Assembly: GCA_963676395.1 (NCBI GenBank)
Contig: OY781066.1
Span: forward strand, 736,001-800,000
DNA from: a bacterium
Lineage (GTDB): Bacteria > Fidelibacterota > Fidelibacteria > Fidelibacterales > Fidelibacteraceae
DNA length: 64,000 bases
Direction of reading: 5' to 3'
Each line of letters starts with the position of its first letter. Position 1 is the first letter of the stretch. Of the stretch, positions 20,912-31,694 are shown piece after piece. Made by a program: the position numbers and the translations under genes. The notes under the pieces were generated by a model. The model did not search any database. It was not told the origin of the DNA and was given only the letters and a program-made list of their open reading frames with translations.

Positions 20912-22815
20912 GGCATACCCACACTATTGAGTTGGCGCATATATTCACGGACGCGTTCAAAATACATGCTATCTTGATAAGATAGTAAAAATTTTTCATA
21001 TATTTCAATGGCCTTTTCACTTTTCTTATCTCTTTCTAAAAAGTCCGCATAAGCTAAATAAAAGTAATCAGCCATCTCGAGCTCACTCATCTCACTAAGC
21101 ATATTCCCCCAAAATCCTCGTTCCAGATCCATGTCTTTGAATGCTCTCAAAAAGTCAAGATAGCGAAGAACATAAACAAACTTTGCTCCTGAATTCAAGG
21201 TGATCAAATGCTTGTATAATTCGGCTGCAGCCGCAGGATCTTGCTTTGCCAGCTCTAGCTCAGCCTCCTGCCATTGTTCCCTGTTTACACTATCTTTTGC
21301 CATCACCATGATTAAGGCGGAATAATTCAAAATATCGTTATACCGCTCATCAGTCGGTGAAAGAAGTGATAATATCGCATTTACCTTCTTTGATAATGAA
21401 TCTGTTTTTCCGCTCACGACTTCCGCATATAGTTGCCAAACAAGAAGTTTATCTTCCTCATGAACCATTAGTGAATATGCTTCCGTAGCGTTCGATATAA
21501 ACGCTTGCGCCGATTCCAGATCGCCTTTTGCCAAATATAGTTTCACCATTCTTTCAAGAAGCTTCTCACGGTTTTTTATGGATATGGTATTAATGGCATT
21601 GAGTGCCCTCTGCATGGCTTTATCAATATCCTGATAAATTGACATATCAATATCGATCAAAGCCAATAAGGCTTTTTCATTGATATCAAGTTTGCCATAA
21701 CTCAAACTATCATAGATAGCATAGGCTTCTTCAATCAGCTCAACATCCCGATCTTCAAAAGCCTTCAAGGGCAATTCACTAAAGGAAGAAGCAAAGGGTC
21801 TTGGAACTAACATTTCATGTTGATTGTTCTTCCGAAACTGTCCCATTAAGGCCTCAGCTTTTATAAAGATCATATATGATGATTGAATAACAGATCGACT
21901 GTATCTGAAGGCACGATCCGCGGCATCATAAGACAATGTATATTCTTGCTTTCGAAGAAGCGTATTAGCAAGATTGCTCAATGCACTTTGGATTTGTGGG
22001 TCTTCGTTCAGTTTACTCAAAGACTTTAGTGCCAGATCATAATCACCTATATACACATATATATCGGAAAGCAACACCTTGGCTTCCACTTGCTTGCTCT
22101 TACTTAAAACATCAATGGATTTAAAAAATAATATTGAATTAGGATCTTGCTTAAACAGATCATTTCTGACATATTTCAAATTAGATGGATTACGATCAAT
22201 AATATGATTTATCTCATCGATCGCCTGATCCCAGTTCCTGTATCTCAAAGCAATAGAGAAATTGTAACGCACCAGCAAATCAGGTTTTCGACTAATCTTC
22301 CTTAACTCATTGACGATCTCATAGAAAGAAGACCCCTGTCGATATTCCAGCACTTTTGAATAAATTGCATTCGCATAAGAACTGTGAAATTTTACGGTAT
22401 TCTTAGAAAACAATGCTTCCCAATGGGATTGGGCCTTTTTTTTATCATCTAGAGTATAAAGCAAAACAGATAATTCTATTCGCAGATACTGATCATTTTT
22501 ATTGTCTTGATATCGTCTTTCCAACAAAGGAAGTATCTCTTTGAATTTTCTTTGCTGGATCAGAATACTTTTATAACGATTATAATAATTGTAATTACTG
22601 GGATATAACCGATAAAGCTCAACATACAAAGATTCGGCTTTTGCATATTCACCCTTTCGCTCATAAGTCCCGGCTAAGCGATAGCTCTCACGTTCTTTTT
22701 GCGAGGCTGCAAATAAAAAATTAGCACTTAACAAAACAAGCAAACCGCCAAGCATAAGTACATTCGTCAATCGCTTATGTCGTTTAAACTGTCTCATTCC
22801 GAAAGCTCCTGCCAT
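20908..22815 (-). CDS. Exported tetratricopeptide-repeat protein
   Basis: N-terminal hydrophobic signal and helical TPR-like repeats (YAKAESLY, AIEIYEKFLLSY). Overlaps both neighbours. Confidence 0.65.
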   Translation of the reverse strand: MAGAFGMRQFKRHKRLTNVLMLGGLLVLLSANFLFAASQKERESYRLAGTYERKGEYAKAESLYVELYRLYPSNYNYYNRYKSILIQQRKFKEILPLLERRYQDNKNDQYLRIELSVLLYTLDDKKKAQSHWEALFSKNTVKFHSSYANAIYSKVLEYRQGSSFYEIVNELRKISRKPDLLVRYNFSIALRYRNWDQAIDEINHIIDRNPSNLKYVRNDLFKQDPNSILFFKSIDVLSKSKQVEAKVLLSDIYVYIGDYDLALKSLSKLNEDPQIQSALSNLANTLLRKQEYTLSYDAADRAFRYSRSVIQSSYMIFIKAEALMGQFRKNNQHEMLVPRPFASSFSELPLKAFEDRDVELIEEAYAIYDSLSYGKLDINEKALLALIDIDMSIYQDIDKAMQRALNAINTISIKNREKLLERMVKLYLAKGDLESAQAFISNATEAYSLMVHEEDKLLVWQLYAEVVSGKTDSLSKKVNAILSLLSPTDERYNDILNYSALIMVMAKDSVNREQWQEAELELAKQDPAAAAELYKHLITLNSGAKFVYVLRYLDFLRAFKDMDLERGFWGNMLSEMSELEMADYFYLAYADFLERDKKSEKAIEIYEKFLLSYQDSMYFERVREYMRQLNSVGMP

Positions 22816-25800
22816 GTTTGTTCATTTAAAAGAGATTCCAGATATATTTCCATTTGGCGCTTTTCCTGAGGACTAAGATTTGTCTCTCGCAACTCACGAC
22901 GAATGCTATTGATCAACAATTCGCGCTCTCCGAGGTCTACGGGTAGTGACAAGGAATTTTCCCTCTTCATAGCTTGTCCACTTTTAGATTCACGTTCTTT
23001 TTTATAATCCCTGGATGTGGCCGAACGGCTGGCATCCAATAATCGTTGAAGTATCTGTTCTTGACGCATCATTGTTTGACGGTTAACATTATTCTTGCGC
23101 ATTTGATTGATCACATCTTCCATATCTTTGGCGATACGATCCAGATCACCCATCATGCGTTTACCCTGACCACCTTCTTCCATGGATTGCTGCAACCCCT
23201 TGAGTGAGCGTCGCAATGCTTGCTGACGAGCCGCCATTTTCGCCATCTGATCTATCAAGGATTGCGAAGGTGAACCGTCCATTCCCATTTGTTGCATACC
23301 TTGATTCAATTGTTGTTGTTGCCCGGCCATTTGTTGCAATTGCTGCATATAAAAATCCATACCCGAAGCATTGCCTTGCTGTTCATCGCGCACCATGTTC
23401 ATTCTTTCCAATAGTATACGACCCAGCTCGTTCATACTTTTAAAAGCCAGCTTAATATGCTTTTTCCCGGTAGATAGTTTTGCCTGCTCAATATTTACAA
23501 TACCGCTTTTTAAATATGCCATCACGGCACCTAATTTTTGTCCCAAAGCCTTATCTACCAAAAAGGTCATTTTGGATAGTTGCAATAAACCGGCATTCAG
23601 TTCCGTTGCCAGTGCCAGTATATCATATTCGGTAGATGTATAAGCATGTAAGAGTGGTGAATTATTCTCGATCCCGGAATATATTCCATTGCTATTCTCT
23701 TGCTGCGATGACATATACATACATTGCAAGAAGGCCTTCCGAAATGCATTTTCGACTGCCTCTTTTTGCTTCTGCATCATTTCACCGGACATTGAGGAGA
23801 ATTGCTCTTGAAGCTGACTAAGTTTATCCTTTGACTGCTGCCCTTGCTCTTGTCCGGTCTGCTTTTCACCTTTTGAAAAACTCTCAGACGATTGTTGCAT
23901 AAGATCTGATACTGCCTCTTGATTCATCTGTTCAAGAAAGTCTTCGTAAGCGGAATCATCGTTCTCCGAAAACAATTCTGCCGACTCGTTCGCCAAGTTT
24001 TCCATACTTTGCGTTTCATCACTAAGTTGTGATTCCTGTTGAGCCAATTCATCACCCGAACGCTGATCGCTTTTCTCAAGAATATCTTGTTGATTTTTAA
24101 TAGCGTCTTTCATACGTTCGCCTAATTCTTCCAAACGCTGTTCCTGTTGAATGCGCTTGAATATCTCCAACATCCTATCCAGACTCTCTTCGAACTTTTT
24201 AGCCTTCTCTGAGAATTCTTCTAGGATTTTCTCCATATTGGAATCGTCATTTCGCTTCATTTTTTCCTGAAGCTCTTGCATCATATCAAATAACTCGTCA
24301 TCCATCAATTCATTCATCAGCTCCTGAAGCTGTTCAAAATCATTCATGACTTTTTCGGAGAACATGGTGTTCTCATCCATGAATTTCTTTTGTTCTTCCA
24401 TAGCTTTTTGAATTTCTTGTAAATCCTTTTGTCCCTCTTCCAACATCGAAAGATTTTCCTCAAGCGCACTTTTATTTTCCCAGTCGAGTTTCCCTTCCTG
24501 CAAAAGCTCTTTGCGTATCTCTTCGATATCTTCGGCAATTTCTTCCACTAACTCACTTTTTTCTTCCAGTGCAAGTGTTTGCTCGTCGTTTTGCTCCCTG
24601 TTTGATTCAAATAGATCTGTCAAAGTCGGCAATTTAGCATAAAATGTAGTTGAACGACGATACTTCGGTCCAGATATCACATCGTTATCATAGATCAAAA
24701 ACGAATAGCGAATTTCGGAACCCGGCGAAACAAAGTTATCTATTTCCCAAATACCTGCTCGAGTTTGGTATTTTAATCCTTTATCAAGCTCTAATTCATG
24801 CTTATATGTCGTAGTATCAGGCAAAAATGAATATTCCGAGTGAATGGTATACTCTACATAAAAATGACTTAAACCATAGTCATCCTGCAACTGTGCGACA
24901 TAGGGTAAACTCATGTTTTCATTTAAAAGATATTCCTCATTCTGCCGAGGTGTCAACAAACTGAGCGAAGGAAATTCATCTTCAACAATATCAATTTCAT
25001 ATACCGGTAATGTTTCGGTACTGATATTTTTCAAATTCTTAACAAGAATTGCAAGCTTGCCGCTTTTTAGCGCTTCGAATTCTATATGGCAAGAATGATA
25101 TGCCATGCGCATTTCGTACTGTTTATCATCCATAATAAGTATTGCTTCACCCGGGTCTTCAGAAAGTGACATACTTATCGAAATCATAGAACCATATAAA
25201 CAGGAAATTTTATCAATATTGCCTTGATAATGTGCATCGGGAATACCCGAATATTCCGGCGATTCAATTAAAATATCAATAGAGCGAATTTGCGGTCGCT
25301 GCATCACGTCTACAGAAAGCGTATCGGCTGCAAGATAAAATCTTGGATAAAATATATTCGGACGTCTTAGCAATGCGTAATATTCACGAGAGCTATTTAA
25401 ACGATTGTTCTGATAAGAAATGATACTGTCCCGACTCCTTAACAGCAATTTCACCTCACCATTCTCAACATTTTCTTCATACAATTCAAGGATATACTTT
25501 TCAGCATGACGTGTCCTTATATCAAACGAAAGGGAGTCATATGAATAAATACTTGTATCGGTAGTTGAAAATAAAATTGCAGCTTTGATATTTGGCTCAA
25601 AGGATACCCCGGGTTTAAATACCCGTTCATAAGATTTTGGTAGAAAAAGGGCAAAGACCATCAACAGACTTATTAATACCATAATTGAGCGAAGTTTTTT
25701 ACTTTTATTTTTGGGTGTATAGGTATTAAAAAATTTATTTTTATCGTTATTCTTAATAAATTCTTCAACGGCAAGTCGTGCAATATCTCCATCTTGCTCG

Positions 25801-26135
25801 GCCAATTGAGCATGAACCAATAATTTATCTTCTACATCTAGAAATTTGTCACCTATGGTTAAAAGATCATTTTCATCTTCCTTTTTATTTTTTTGAGAAT
25901 GAAAAATAATCTTAAAAAAGCGATAGATAAAAACAGCATTCAAGAAGCCCAAGTACCATATATTTTGTTTAACATTGGCAGGAAGATACCAAAGACTTTC
26001 TATCGCAAGAAATATGACAAGTGCTAAAAAATTAACGATTAGAAAATCAGCAGACAATCCAAACAGATCATCCTTTATACGCAGACGATGATAGTTGTGA
26101 AGTATGTCTGTAAAATATGTGTTCTTTTTCTTCAT
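22794..26135 (-). CDS. DUF4175-like membrane-anchored coiled-coil protein
   Basis: N-terminal TM helices, beta-rich middle (DDYGLS, DNDVISGPK), long Q/E/M-rich coiled coil, RQEQILQRLLDA. Confidence 0.75.
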   Translation of the reverse strand: MKKKNTYFTDILHNYHRLRIKDDLFGLSADFLIVNFLALVIFLAIESLWYLPANVKQNIWYLGFLNAVFIYRFFKIIFHSQKNKKEDENDLLTIGDKFLDVEDKLLVHAQLAEQDGDIARLAVEEFIKNNDKNKFFNTYTPKNKSKKLRSIMVLISLLMVFALFLPKSYERVFKPGVSFEPNIKAAILFSTTDTSIYSYDSLSFDIRTRHAEKYILELYEENVENGEVKLLLRSRDSIISYQNNRLNSSREYYALLRRPNIFYPRFYLAADTLSVDVMQRPQIRSIDILIESPEYSGIPDAHYQGNIDKISCLYGSMISISMSLSEDPGEAILIMDDKQYEMRMAYHSCHIEFEALKSGKLAILVKNLKNISTETLPVYEIDIVEDEFPSLSLLTPRQNEEYLLNENMSLPYVAQLQDDYGLSHFYVEYTIHSEYSFLPDTTTYKHELELDKGLKYQTRAGIWEIDNFVSPGSEIRYSFLIYDNDVISGPKYRRSTTFYAKLPTLTDLFESNREQNDEQTLALEEKSELVEEIAEDIEEIRKELLQEGKLDWENKSALEENLSMLEEGQKDLQEIQKAMEEQKKFMDENTMFSEKVMNDFEQLQELMNELMDDELFDMMQELQEKMKRNDDSNMEKILEEFSEKAKKFEESLDRMLEIFKRIQQEQRLEELGERMKDAIKNQQDILEKSDQRSGDELAQQESQLSDETQSMENLANESAELFSENDDSAYEDFLEQMNQEAVSDLMQQSSESFSKGEKQTGQEQGQQSKDKLSQLQEQFSSMSGEMMQKQKEAVENAFRKAFLQCMYMSSQQENSNGIYSGIENNSPLLHAYTSTEYDILALATELNAGLLQLSKMTFLVDKALGQKLGAVMAYLKSGIVNIEQAKLSTGKKHIKLAFKSMNELGRILLERMNMVRDEQQGNASGMDFYMQQLQQMAGQQQQLNQGMQQMGMDGSPSQSLIDQMAKMAARQQALRRSLKGLQQSMEEGGQGKRMMGDLDRIAKDMEDVINQMRKNNVNRQTMMRQEQILQRLLDASRSATSRDYKKERESKSGQAMKRENSLSLPVDLGERELLINSIRRELRETNLSPQEKRQMEIYLESLLNEQTWQELSE

Positions 26136-26138
26136 TAT

Positions 26139-26804
26139 TTATCTATTTAAATGATACAGAAAAATATTTGTGCCCATTTTAAGTGCAGCTTCTCTCAATT
26201 CTGTCGGATCTTTATGGACTTCCGCATTTTCCCAGCCGTCACCCAGATCACTTTCATAGGAATAAAAAACAACCAAACGACCACGATGGAACAACCCTAA
26301 ACCTTGAGAGGGTTTATTATCATGTTCATGGATCTTTGGCAGTCCATGAGGAAAATCATATTTCTGATGGTATATTTGATGGTCAAAAGGTAATTCGACC
26401 CAATCCTTATCCGGAAATATTCTTTTCATTTCACGTCGAAAAGAATGATCCATACCATAGTTATCGTCGGCATGTAAAAAACCACCATTCTCCAAATAGT
26501 ATCTCAAACGCTTAATGTCTTTTTCAGAAAATCGCACATTACCATGACCATTCATATATAAATACGAATAATGAAAGAGTTCGGGGTCACCGGGTTCGAC
26601 AACTGCTTGTTTATCTGCCATGGAAAGATCAGTATTCGATTCAATATAATCCATTAAATTTTCAATGGATCCGGGATTGCTATACCAGTCCCCTCCACCA
26701 GCATATTTCAAACGAGCAATTTGCATATCTTGCATACCCGCAGCCGGCAATAAGGAAATCAATATCAGGCAAAAGAAACAAATTTTAGAAATGTGATTTT
26801 TCAT
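26139..26804 (-). CDS. DUF4159 domain protein
   Basis: ARLKYAGGGDWY, YMNGHG, GGFLHADDNYG, PKIHEHD, DLGDGWE. Confidence 0.88.
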   Translation of the reverse strand: MKNHISKICFFCLILISLLPAAGMQDMQIARLKYAGGGDWYSNPGSIENLMDYIESNTDLSMADKQAVVEPGDPELFHYSYLYMNGHGNVRFSEKDIKRLRYYLENGGFLHADDNYGMDHSFRREMKRIFPDKDWVELPFDHQIYHQKYDFPHGLPKIHEHDNKPSQGLGLFHRGRLVVFYSYESDLGDGWENAEVHKDPTELREAALKMGTNIFLYHLNR

Positions 26805-26928
26805 GGATGAAATATAGCCAATAATTAAGAATTAAAAATTAAAAATGTTATAGAGAAATTCGATTTCCAATACATAATTTCAATCTCAGTATTGCACAAC
26901 GACGGCACCCTCCACCGTGCTTCTTATC

Positions 26929-26968
26929 CAACCGAGTCGGTTGAAAGTTTGGCGAACCGAGTCGGTTG
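26929..26968. repeat. Two copies of the 15-bp palindrome, 25 bp apart
   Basis: CAACCGAGTCGGTTG (26929-26943), AAAGTTTGGC, GAACCGAGTCGGTTG (26954-26968). Confidence 0.88.
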
Positions 26969-26987
26969 CTTTTTTAATCTCATAAAC

Positions 26988-27013
26988 AAAAGCCACAACA
27001 AAGTTGTAGCTTT
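26988..27013 (-). terminator. Probable intrinsic terminator
   Basis: AAAAGCCACAAC-aaa-GTTGTAGCTTT just downstream of the 27039 stop. Confidence 0.6.
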
Positions 27014-27038
27014 AAAATTTTTATTTGGCTAAACAATC

Positions 27039-27467
27039 CTATCTAAACATTGCCTTGATGCTTCCCCAAGTCTGCTGACTAACTCCAAGATTAGAAATTG
27101 AAACTAAAATTTTATCTGAGTTCTTGTATGATCCATCTTTCATCACGGCACGAACAAAATAATTAAATGAATACGCACCGGATTCTGCAGATTTTGAGAA
27201 CAAGTTATCATCTTGAAAAATATAAGCTGCGCCAAGCCCCAATGCAGTTACAGATGCGCGTTTACTTAAAATAGAACTTCCATCGCGCGAACGATATATC
27301 TCGTAATACTTTACAGCATGTTCATCTTTAGCCTGCCAGGAAACGCGAATACCGGAATCATGCTCATTAGCTACAACATAATTGAAACCATCCCAAGCGA
27401 ATAGCATGGAAGTGCAAAAGAGCAGGACAATAAATAAAAATGATAATTTTTTCTTTTTCATAGTCAT
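27039..27467 (-). CDS. Small exported FN3/Ig-like protein ending in a TWGSIKAMFR motif
   Basis: Signal peptide MKKKKLSF...LFA, VSWQ...YEIYRS...Y.F.D FN3-like pattern, C-terminal QQTWGSIKAMFR. Start trimmed from 27548. Confidence 0.7.
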   Translation of the reverse strand: MTMKKKKLSFLFIVLLFCTSMLFAWDGFNYVVANEHDSGIRVSWQAKDEHAVKYYEIYRSRDGSSILSKRASVTALGLGAAYIFQDDNLFSKSAESGAYSFNYFVRAVMKDGSYKNSDKILVSISNLGVSQQTWGSIKAMFR

Positions 27468-27627
27468 AGCGACTAAATATACACTTAAAATAGAGTAAGT
27501 TACAAGGCATTTTTTAATAGCTCGTACATTACGTACAAGAAGGCTCAATCATAAAGTACTTACTTATCCTATCACACTATCATTTGGAAATAACGATTAA
27601 CTATTGTTCTACAGCTTCGGGTTTTTG

Positions 27628-29028
27628 TTAAGTACCGCTTCCGGATAACATGATCGCAATGGTATTGAGCATAATCTTTAGGTCGAGCTTAAGCGACATA
27701 TTCTCAATGTAATAAATATCACAAGCAAATTTCTTCTGTACTTCTTCAAAAGTTTGCGGGTAAGGTACCGATATTTGCGCCCAGCCGGTAATACCGGGTT
27801 TTACTCTCATTCTATGGCGATAAAATGGGATCTGTTTTTCCAGTTGATCTGTTAGTTTAAGCATATCAGGTCTTGGTCCAATAATACTCATGTCACCTTT
27901 TAATACATTCACGAGTTGCGGAATTTCATCAATTCTATAACGACGTATAAACTGGCCAATTCTTGTAACTCTTTGATCATTTTCTGTTGTTAAAATTACT
28001 TTATCCCCTTGAGACTGAACATTATGTTTCATTGAACGGAATTTAATTATTTTAAATGCTTTCCCGTCCTTGCCCAATCTATCTTGAGTATAAAAAATCG
28101 GTCCTTTTGAATCTAACCTTATTAATAAAGAAAGTATCAATCCAAAGGGAAGGAATAACAAAAATCCCAAAAAAGACAAAAGCACATCCGTTATTCTTTT
28201 TATCAATTTTTCCCATGGTGTCATTATTCCAGGATTGATATCAATCAGGGGTATTCCCAAAATCTGTTGAGTTCTTGCCAAACCAGAAATAATATCATAC
28301 ATATCAGGTAAAATCTTTATACCCACTTTTGTATTTGAAACAGCTTTGATCACTTCAAGAATTTTGTCATGTTTATCACTTCCAAATGCCAAAACAAGTT
28401 GTCGAATATTATTTTTTTCAATCAAAACCTGAATATCTTTTAATTCACCAATTCTTTCAACACCATCTACTGAGATGATTTCATCTCCATCTACATCAGC
28501 CCTAATAAATCCAATTACCTTATAACCCAAAGCAGGATATTTCTTTATTTTTTGGTATATTTCATATCCTTTTGGATTACATCCGACTATTAACGTGGAA
28601 CTTAAGCCAATACCTTTTGCAAGCTGATTATGCCTTATTGATAAGATAACACTTCGAAACAGCATAACCAGGATCATTTGAGCTAACCAATATATTACAA
28701 TAATCAGACGCCCAACAGAAAAGGGATTAAGCATATCAAAAGTTAAAAGGAACAAAAGGATCATCCCATAGCTAGTGGCTTTAAATACCTTAATATTTTC
28801 ATCCGTTCTAGAAGGTGCTTCAGGAAGACCATACAAACCATTATATAAATAAAATATTAACCAGTATACATATAATACAATTATCGGCAACAATAAATCA
28901 CTAATATAAATTTCAATATCAATATCAAATATTCCAGAGCGATAACGCAACCAGAATATTAATATAAAAGCTAATATGGTAGATATTAGATCAGAAATAA
29001 TTAATGCTATTGTATAACGTTTATTCAT
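27628..29028 (-). CDS. Priming polyprenyl-phosphate sugar transferase (WcaJ/WbaP family)
   Basis: N-terminal TMs, Rossmann-like middle region, IKRITD, KFRSM, RIDEIPQLVNVLKGDMSIIGPRP, KPGITGWAQ. Confidence 0.93.
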   Translation of the reverse strand: MNKRYTIALIISDLISTILAFILIFWLRYRSGIFDIDIEIYISDLLLPIIVLYVYWLIFYLYNGLYGLPEAPSRTDENIKVFKATSYGMILLFLLTFDMLNPFSVGRLIIVIYWLAQMILVMLFRSVILSIRHNQLAKGIGLSSTLIVGCNPKGYEIYQKIKKYPALGYKVIGFIRADVDGDEIISVDGVERIGELKDIQVLIEKNNIRQLVLAFGSDKHDKILEVIKAVSNTKVGIKILPDMYDIISGLARTQQILGIPLIDINPGIMTPWEKLIKRITDVLLSFLGFLLFLPFGLILSLLIRLDSKGPIFYTQDRLGKDGKAFKIIKFRSMKHNVQSQGDKVILTTENDQRVTRIGQFIRRYRIDEIPQLVNVLKGDMSIIGPRPDMLKLTDQLEKQIPFYRHRMRVKPGITGWAQISVPYPQTFEEVQKKFACDIYYIENMSLKLDLKIMLNTIAIMLSGSGT

Positions 29029-29035
29029 ATTTGAT

Positions 29036-30712
29036 TTAGTAATTCAGATTTATTTGTAACGAGTAATAAAGATCATTTATCCCATTAGTTCTTGAGTATT
29101 CACAAGACGCAAGAAATGAGATAGCATCTCTCCATCGATATAACCAATCAAGTCGTGCAGAAAAAGTTTTGGTCATATCACCCATTAACCATTTTGTACT
29201 ATAATCAAGATCCCAGGACTTATCGTAATCATCTTGATTCGAGTCCCCACCTATAGGATACATTGTATCATCAACCATTATTGAATCTGCTCCTTCTATA
29301 AGATATCCAGTCGTTAAAGTTAATCGATGACGCAAAGATAAATCATAATTCAATTGAGCATTTATATATTGAGTATTCGGTCCAGCATAAAAACCCAGTT
29401 CTCGACCATGATGAGTATAATTAGCAAAAATAAAATGATGGGTATATGTCCATGGGTGAACAGCTGTTGCCTCAAAAATTAAATCAGCTGGAATAGAGCG
29501 CGGTGAAATTTGGAGTCCTCCCTGCAAAGCATACTTATTTGCCCAAAAATCATTAAATATTTGACCAAACACCAATTCGTCAAGAAACACCGTGCCATAT
29601 AATCTCAAACCATTAATTGGGAATAATTCGGCTTCCAAAGAAATCATCTTATTATCTCGATCACCCAAAGCATGCTCAGACGGCCAAAGAAATATCATAG
29701 GCACCAAATAAGTTAGTTCCGGAAAACGATCTTCTCCACCATACATGACCAATTCAGAAAAATTCACATGAAAACGTGGAGAAAATAGAATTTCTAAACG
29801 ATGTGCTGCAATATATTTGGGTATATAATACCTTCCATCATCATTCATACTGGAATATGTAGGGGTCATTAATGGACCGTGTAAAACACTATATTTAAAA
29901 TGTTTAAAACGTTTAGACCACGATAAAGAACCAAAAGTAGTTGCATTATCAGACAAAACCACTGAATTCAAACCATTGCCCCAATTATGAGGATATTGTG
30001 CTATGCTGACTGTTCCAAAATCCCCCGTAAAATTCGCATAGGCTTCTGATCTATCAAATGTGGCAATTCTATCAAAATCTCCACCGGCGGCAAACCAATA
30101 CCCTTTAAACTCATCTACCGGATCTGTCCACCCGTCAGGTAAATATTGATGAAAAAAGTAACCATCAACAAACATTGCAACATGATCGCCTGTTTGAATT
30201 GCGGCATAGGCTCCCAGCTGATCCATAAACCGCATAGTCGAATTTTTCCCTTCAATACGAGTCATTAGATCCATATCAAGCCAGATAGTTGTCTTTTCAT
30301 CCTCAAATAAGTAAATATGCTTTTCCTCTTCACACAATTCATCTGTAAAAATACATTTTACATCGTGTTTAAGATTTTTCCAACTTGACAGACCCAATCT
30401 GGAATCCTCTCCCTCACCCAAAACCGGATGTTTTTGTTCGCTTAGTTCATGCCTATACTCTACAATAAAGTCATATAATATTTCTCTTTCTACACGTGGT
30501 AATTCATTCTCAATTTCCAATAATTTCACCAACCAAATAACTATTTCATCTCGCTGAATTGGTTGAGTATCATTTAAAAATTCAGGGATATAACCACGTG
30601 TTGCCTGTCTTTCGAGAAAATAATAAACAGGATTTCCTATTGGAACAAATAACTGCATTGCCCATGCATAAGAAAATAGCAAAGCAATTAATAAAAATCT
30701 TTTATTTTTCAT
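29036..30712 (-). CDS. Outer-membrane beta-barrel, capsule assembly Wzi-like
   Basis: Signal peptide, beta-strand pattern, HRLE and LGFYAGPN motifs, terminal aromatic residue (LNY), polysaccharide-cluster context. Confidence 0.6.
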   Translation of the reverse strand: MKNKRFLLIALLFSYAWAMQLFVPIGNPVYYFLERQATRGYIPEFLNDTQPIQRDEIVIWLVKLLEIENELPRVEREILYDFIVEYRHELSEQKHPVLGEGEDSRLGLSSWKNLKHDVKCIFTDELCEEEKHIYLFEDEKTTIWLDMDLMTRIEGKNSTMRFMDQLGAYAAIQTGDHVAMFVDGYFFHQYLPDGWTDPVDEFKGYWFAAGGDFDRIATFDRSEAYANFTGDFGTVSIAQYPHNWGNGLNSVVLSDNATTFGSLSWSKRFKHFKYSVLHGPLMTPTYSSMNDDGRYYIPKYIAAHRLEILFSPRFHVNFSELVMYGGEDRFPELTYLVPMIFLWPSEHALGDRDNKMISLEAELFPINGLRLYGTVFLDELVFGQIFNDFWANKYALQGGLQISPRSIPADLIFEATAVHPWTYTHHFIFANYTHHGRELGFYAGPNTQYINAQLNYDLSLRHRLTLTTGYLIEGADSIMVDDTMYPIGGDSNQDDYDKSWDLDYSTKWLMGDMTKTFSARLDWLYRWRDAISFLASCEYSRTNGINDLYYSLQINLNY

Positions 30713-31694
30713 GTTTCCCCAATCCAAAAACAAATCCTATACCATAAGCATAATGTAAAATAAAAAAGACAAGCACAAAAAGAAATATATCATTAAATCT
30801 TTTCTTGTATCTTAATGTCATTCTAATAGAAATAATCATATAAATAAAAAGCACTAAGAGTGGAAAAAACAGCATCCAGCTTAAAAAAGCACCGCAAACC
30901 ATAGTTACAGTCATAATAATTGCAAATATAGCTGGGATCAAATGTCGAAGACGAAAAGCATTATGATACTTTCTGTTAATATATGTTTTCCAAAGTCCAG
31001 CCAAATACTGCCTCCTCCACAAACTATAAAAGGTATCTCGAACAAAGTATTCGCTGCGTAAAGAATTTATTTTATATAATTTGTAACCCTGACTCCTTAA
31101 TCGTGTATTAAGATCCCAATCCTGGCCTCGAACACAATTTTCATCAAAGCCACCAACACTCTCAATGTCTTGTTTCCAATAGCAGCCGTAAACAATTGAA
31201 TCTACTTCACCTGCACTTTCGTCAGAAAGATAACTTGCACCACCATTACCAAAAATTGAACGTGTGGCCAAACTGATTATATTACCTTTTCGACTTTTCC
31301 CCCTAGAAATCGTAGGACATCCAATACCACATATATCTTTATTCAGATGTTCTACTAGTTTTCGATAATAACTTTTTTCAAACAAAACATGTCCACTAAG
31401 AAATGACAGCACTTCCCCACGCGACTTCTCTATCCCCAAATTCCATCCAGCTGCAGATAGTATTTTAGTATTTTGATAAAGAAAACAGTTCTTATACTTT
31501 TTGGTAAACTTTTTAATAATTTTTATGCTACCATCATCTGACATTCCATCTGTTATGATAACCTCATATTTATCCTGAGGATAATCTTGTTCAAACAGCA
31601 TATTTAAAGTGTCTTCGATAAACTTTTCTTCATTCCTTACAGCTAATAGCACACTAATAATTGGATATTTAATTTCTTTTCTATTCATGATCAA
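30702..31694 (-). CDS. Glycosyltransferase family 2 (ExoA-like)
   Basis: ISVLLAVRNEE, DGMSDDGS, GGFDE, QDWDLNTRL, C-terminal TM helices. Confidence 0.9.
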   Translation of the reverse strand: MIMNRKEIKYPIISVLLAVRNEEKFIEDTLNMLFEQDYPQDKYEVIITDGMSDDGSIKIIKKFTKKYKNCFLYQNTKILSAAGWNLGIEKSRGEVLSFLSGHVLFEKSYYRKLVEHLNKDICGIGCPTISRGKSRKGNIISLATRSIFGNGGASYLSDESAGEVDSIVYGCYWKQDIESVGGFDENCVRGQDWDLNTRLRSQGYKLYKINSLRSEYFVRDTFYSLWRRQYLAGLWKTYINRKYHNAFRLRHLIPAIFAIIMTVTMVCGAFLSWMLFFPLLVLFIYMIISIRMTLRYKKRFNDIFLFVLVFFILHYAYGIGFVFGLGKHEK

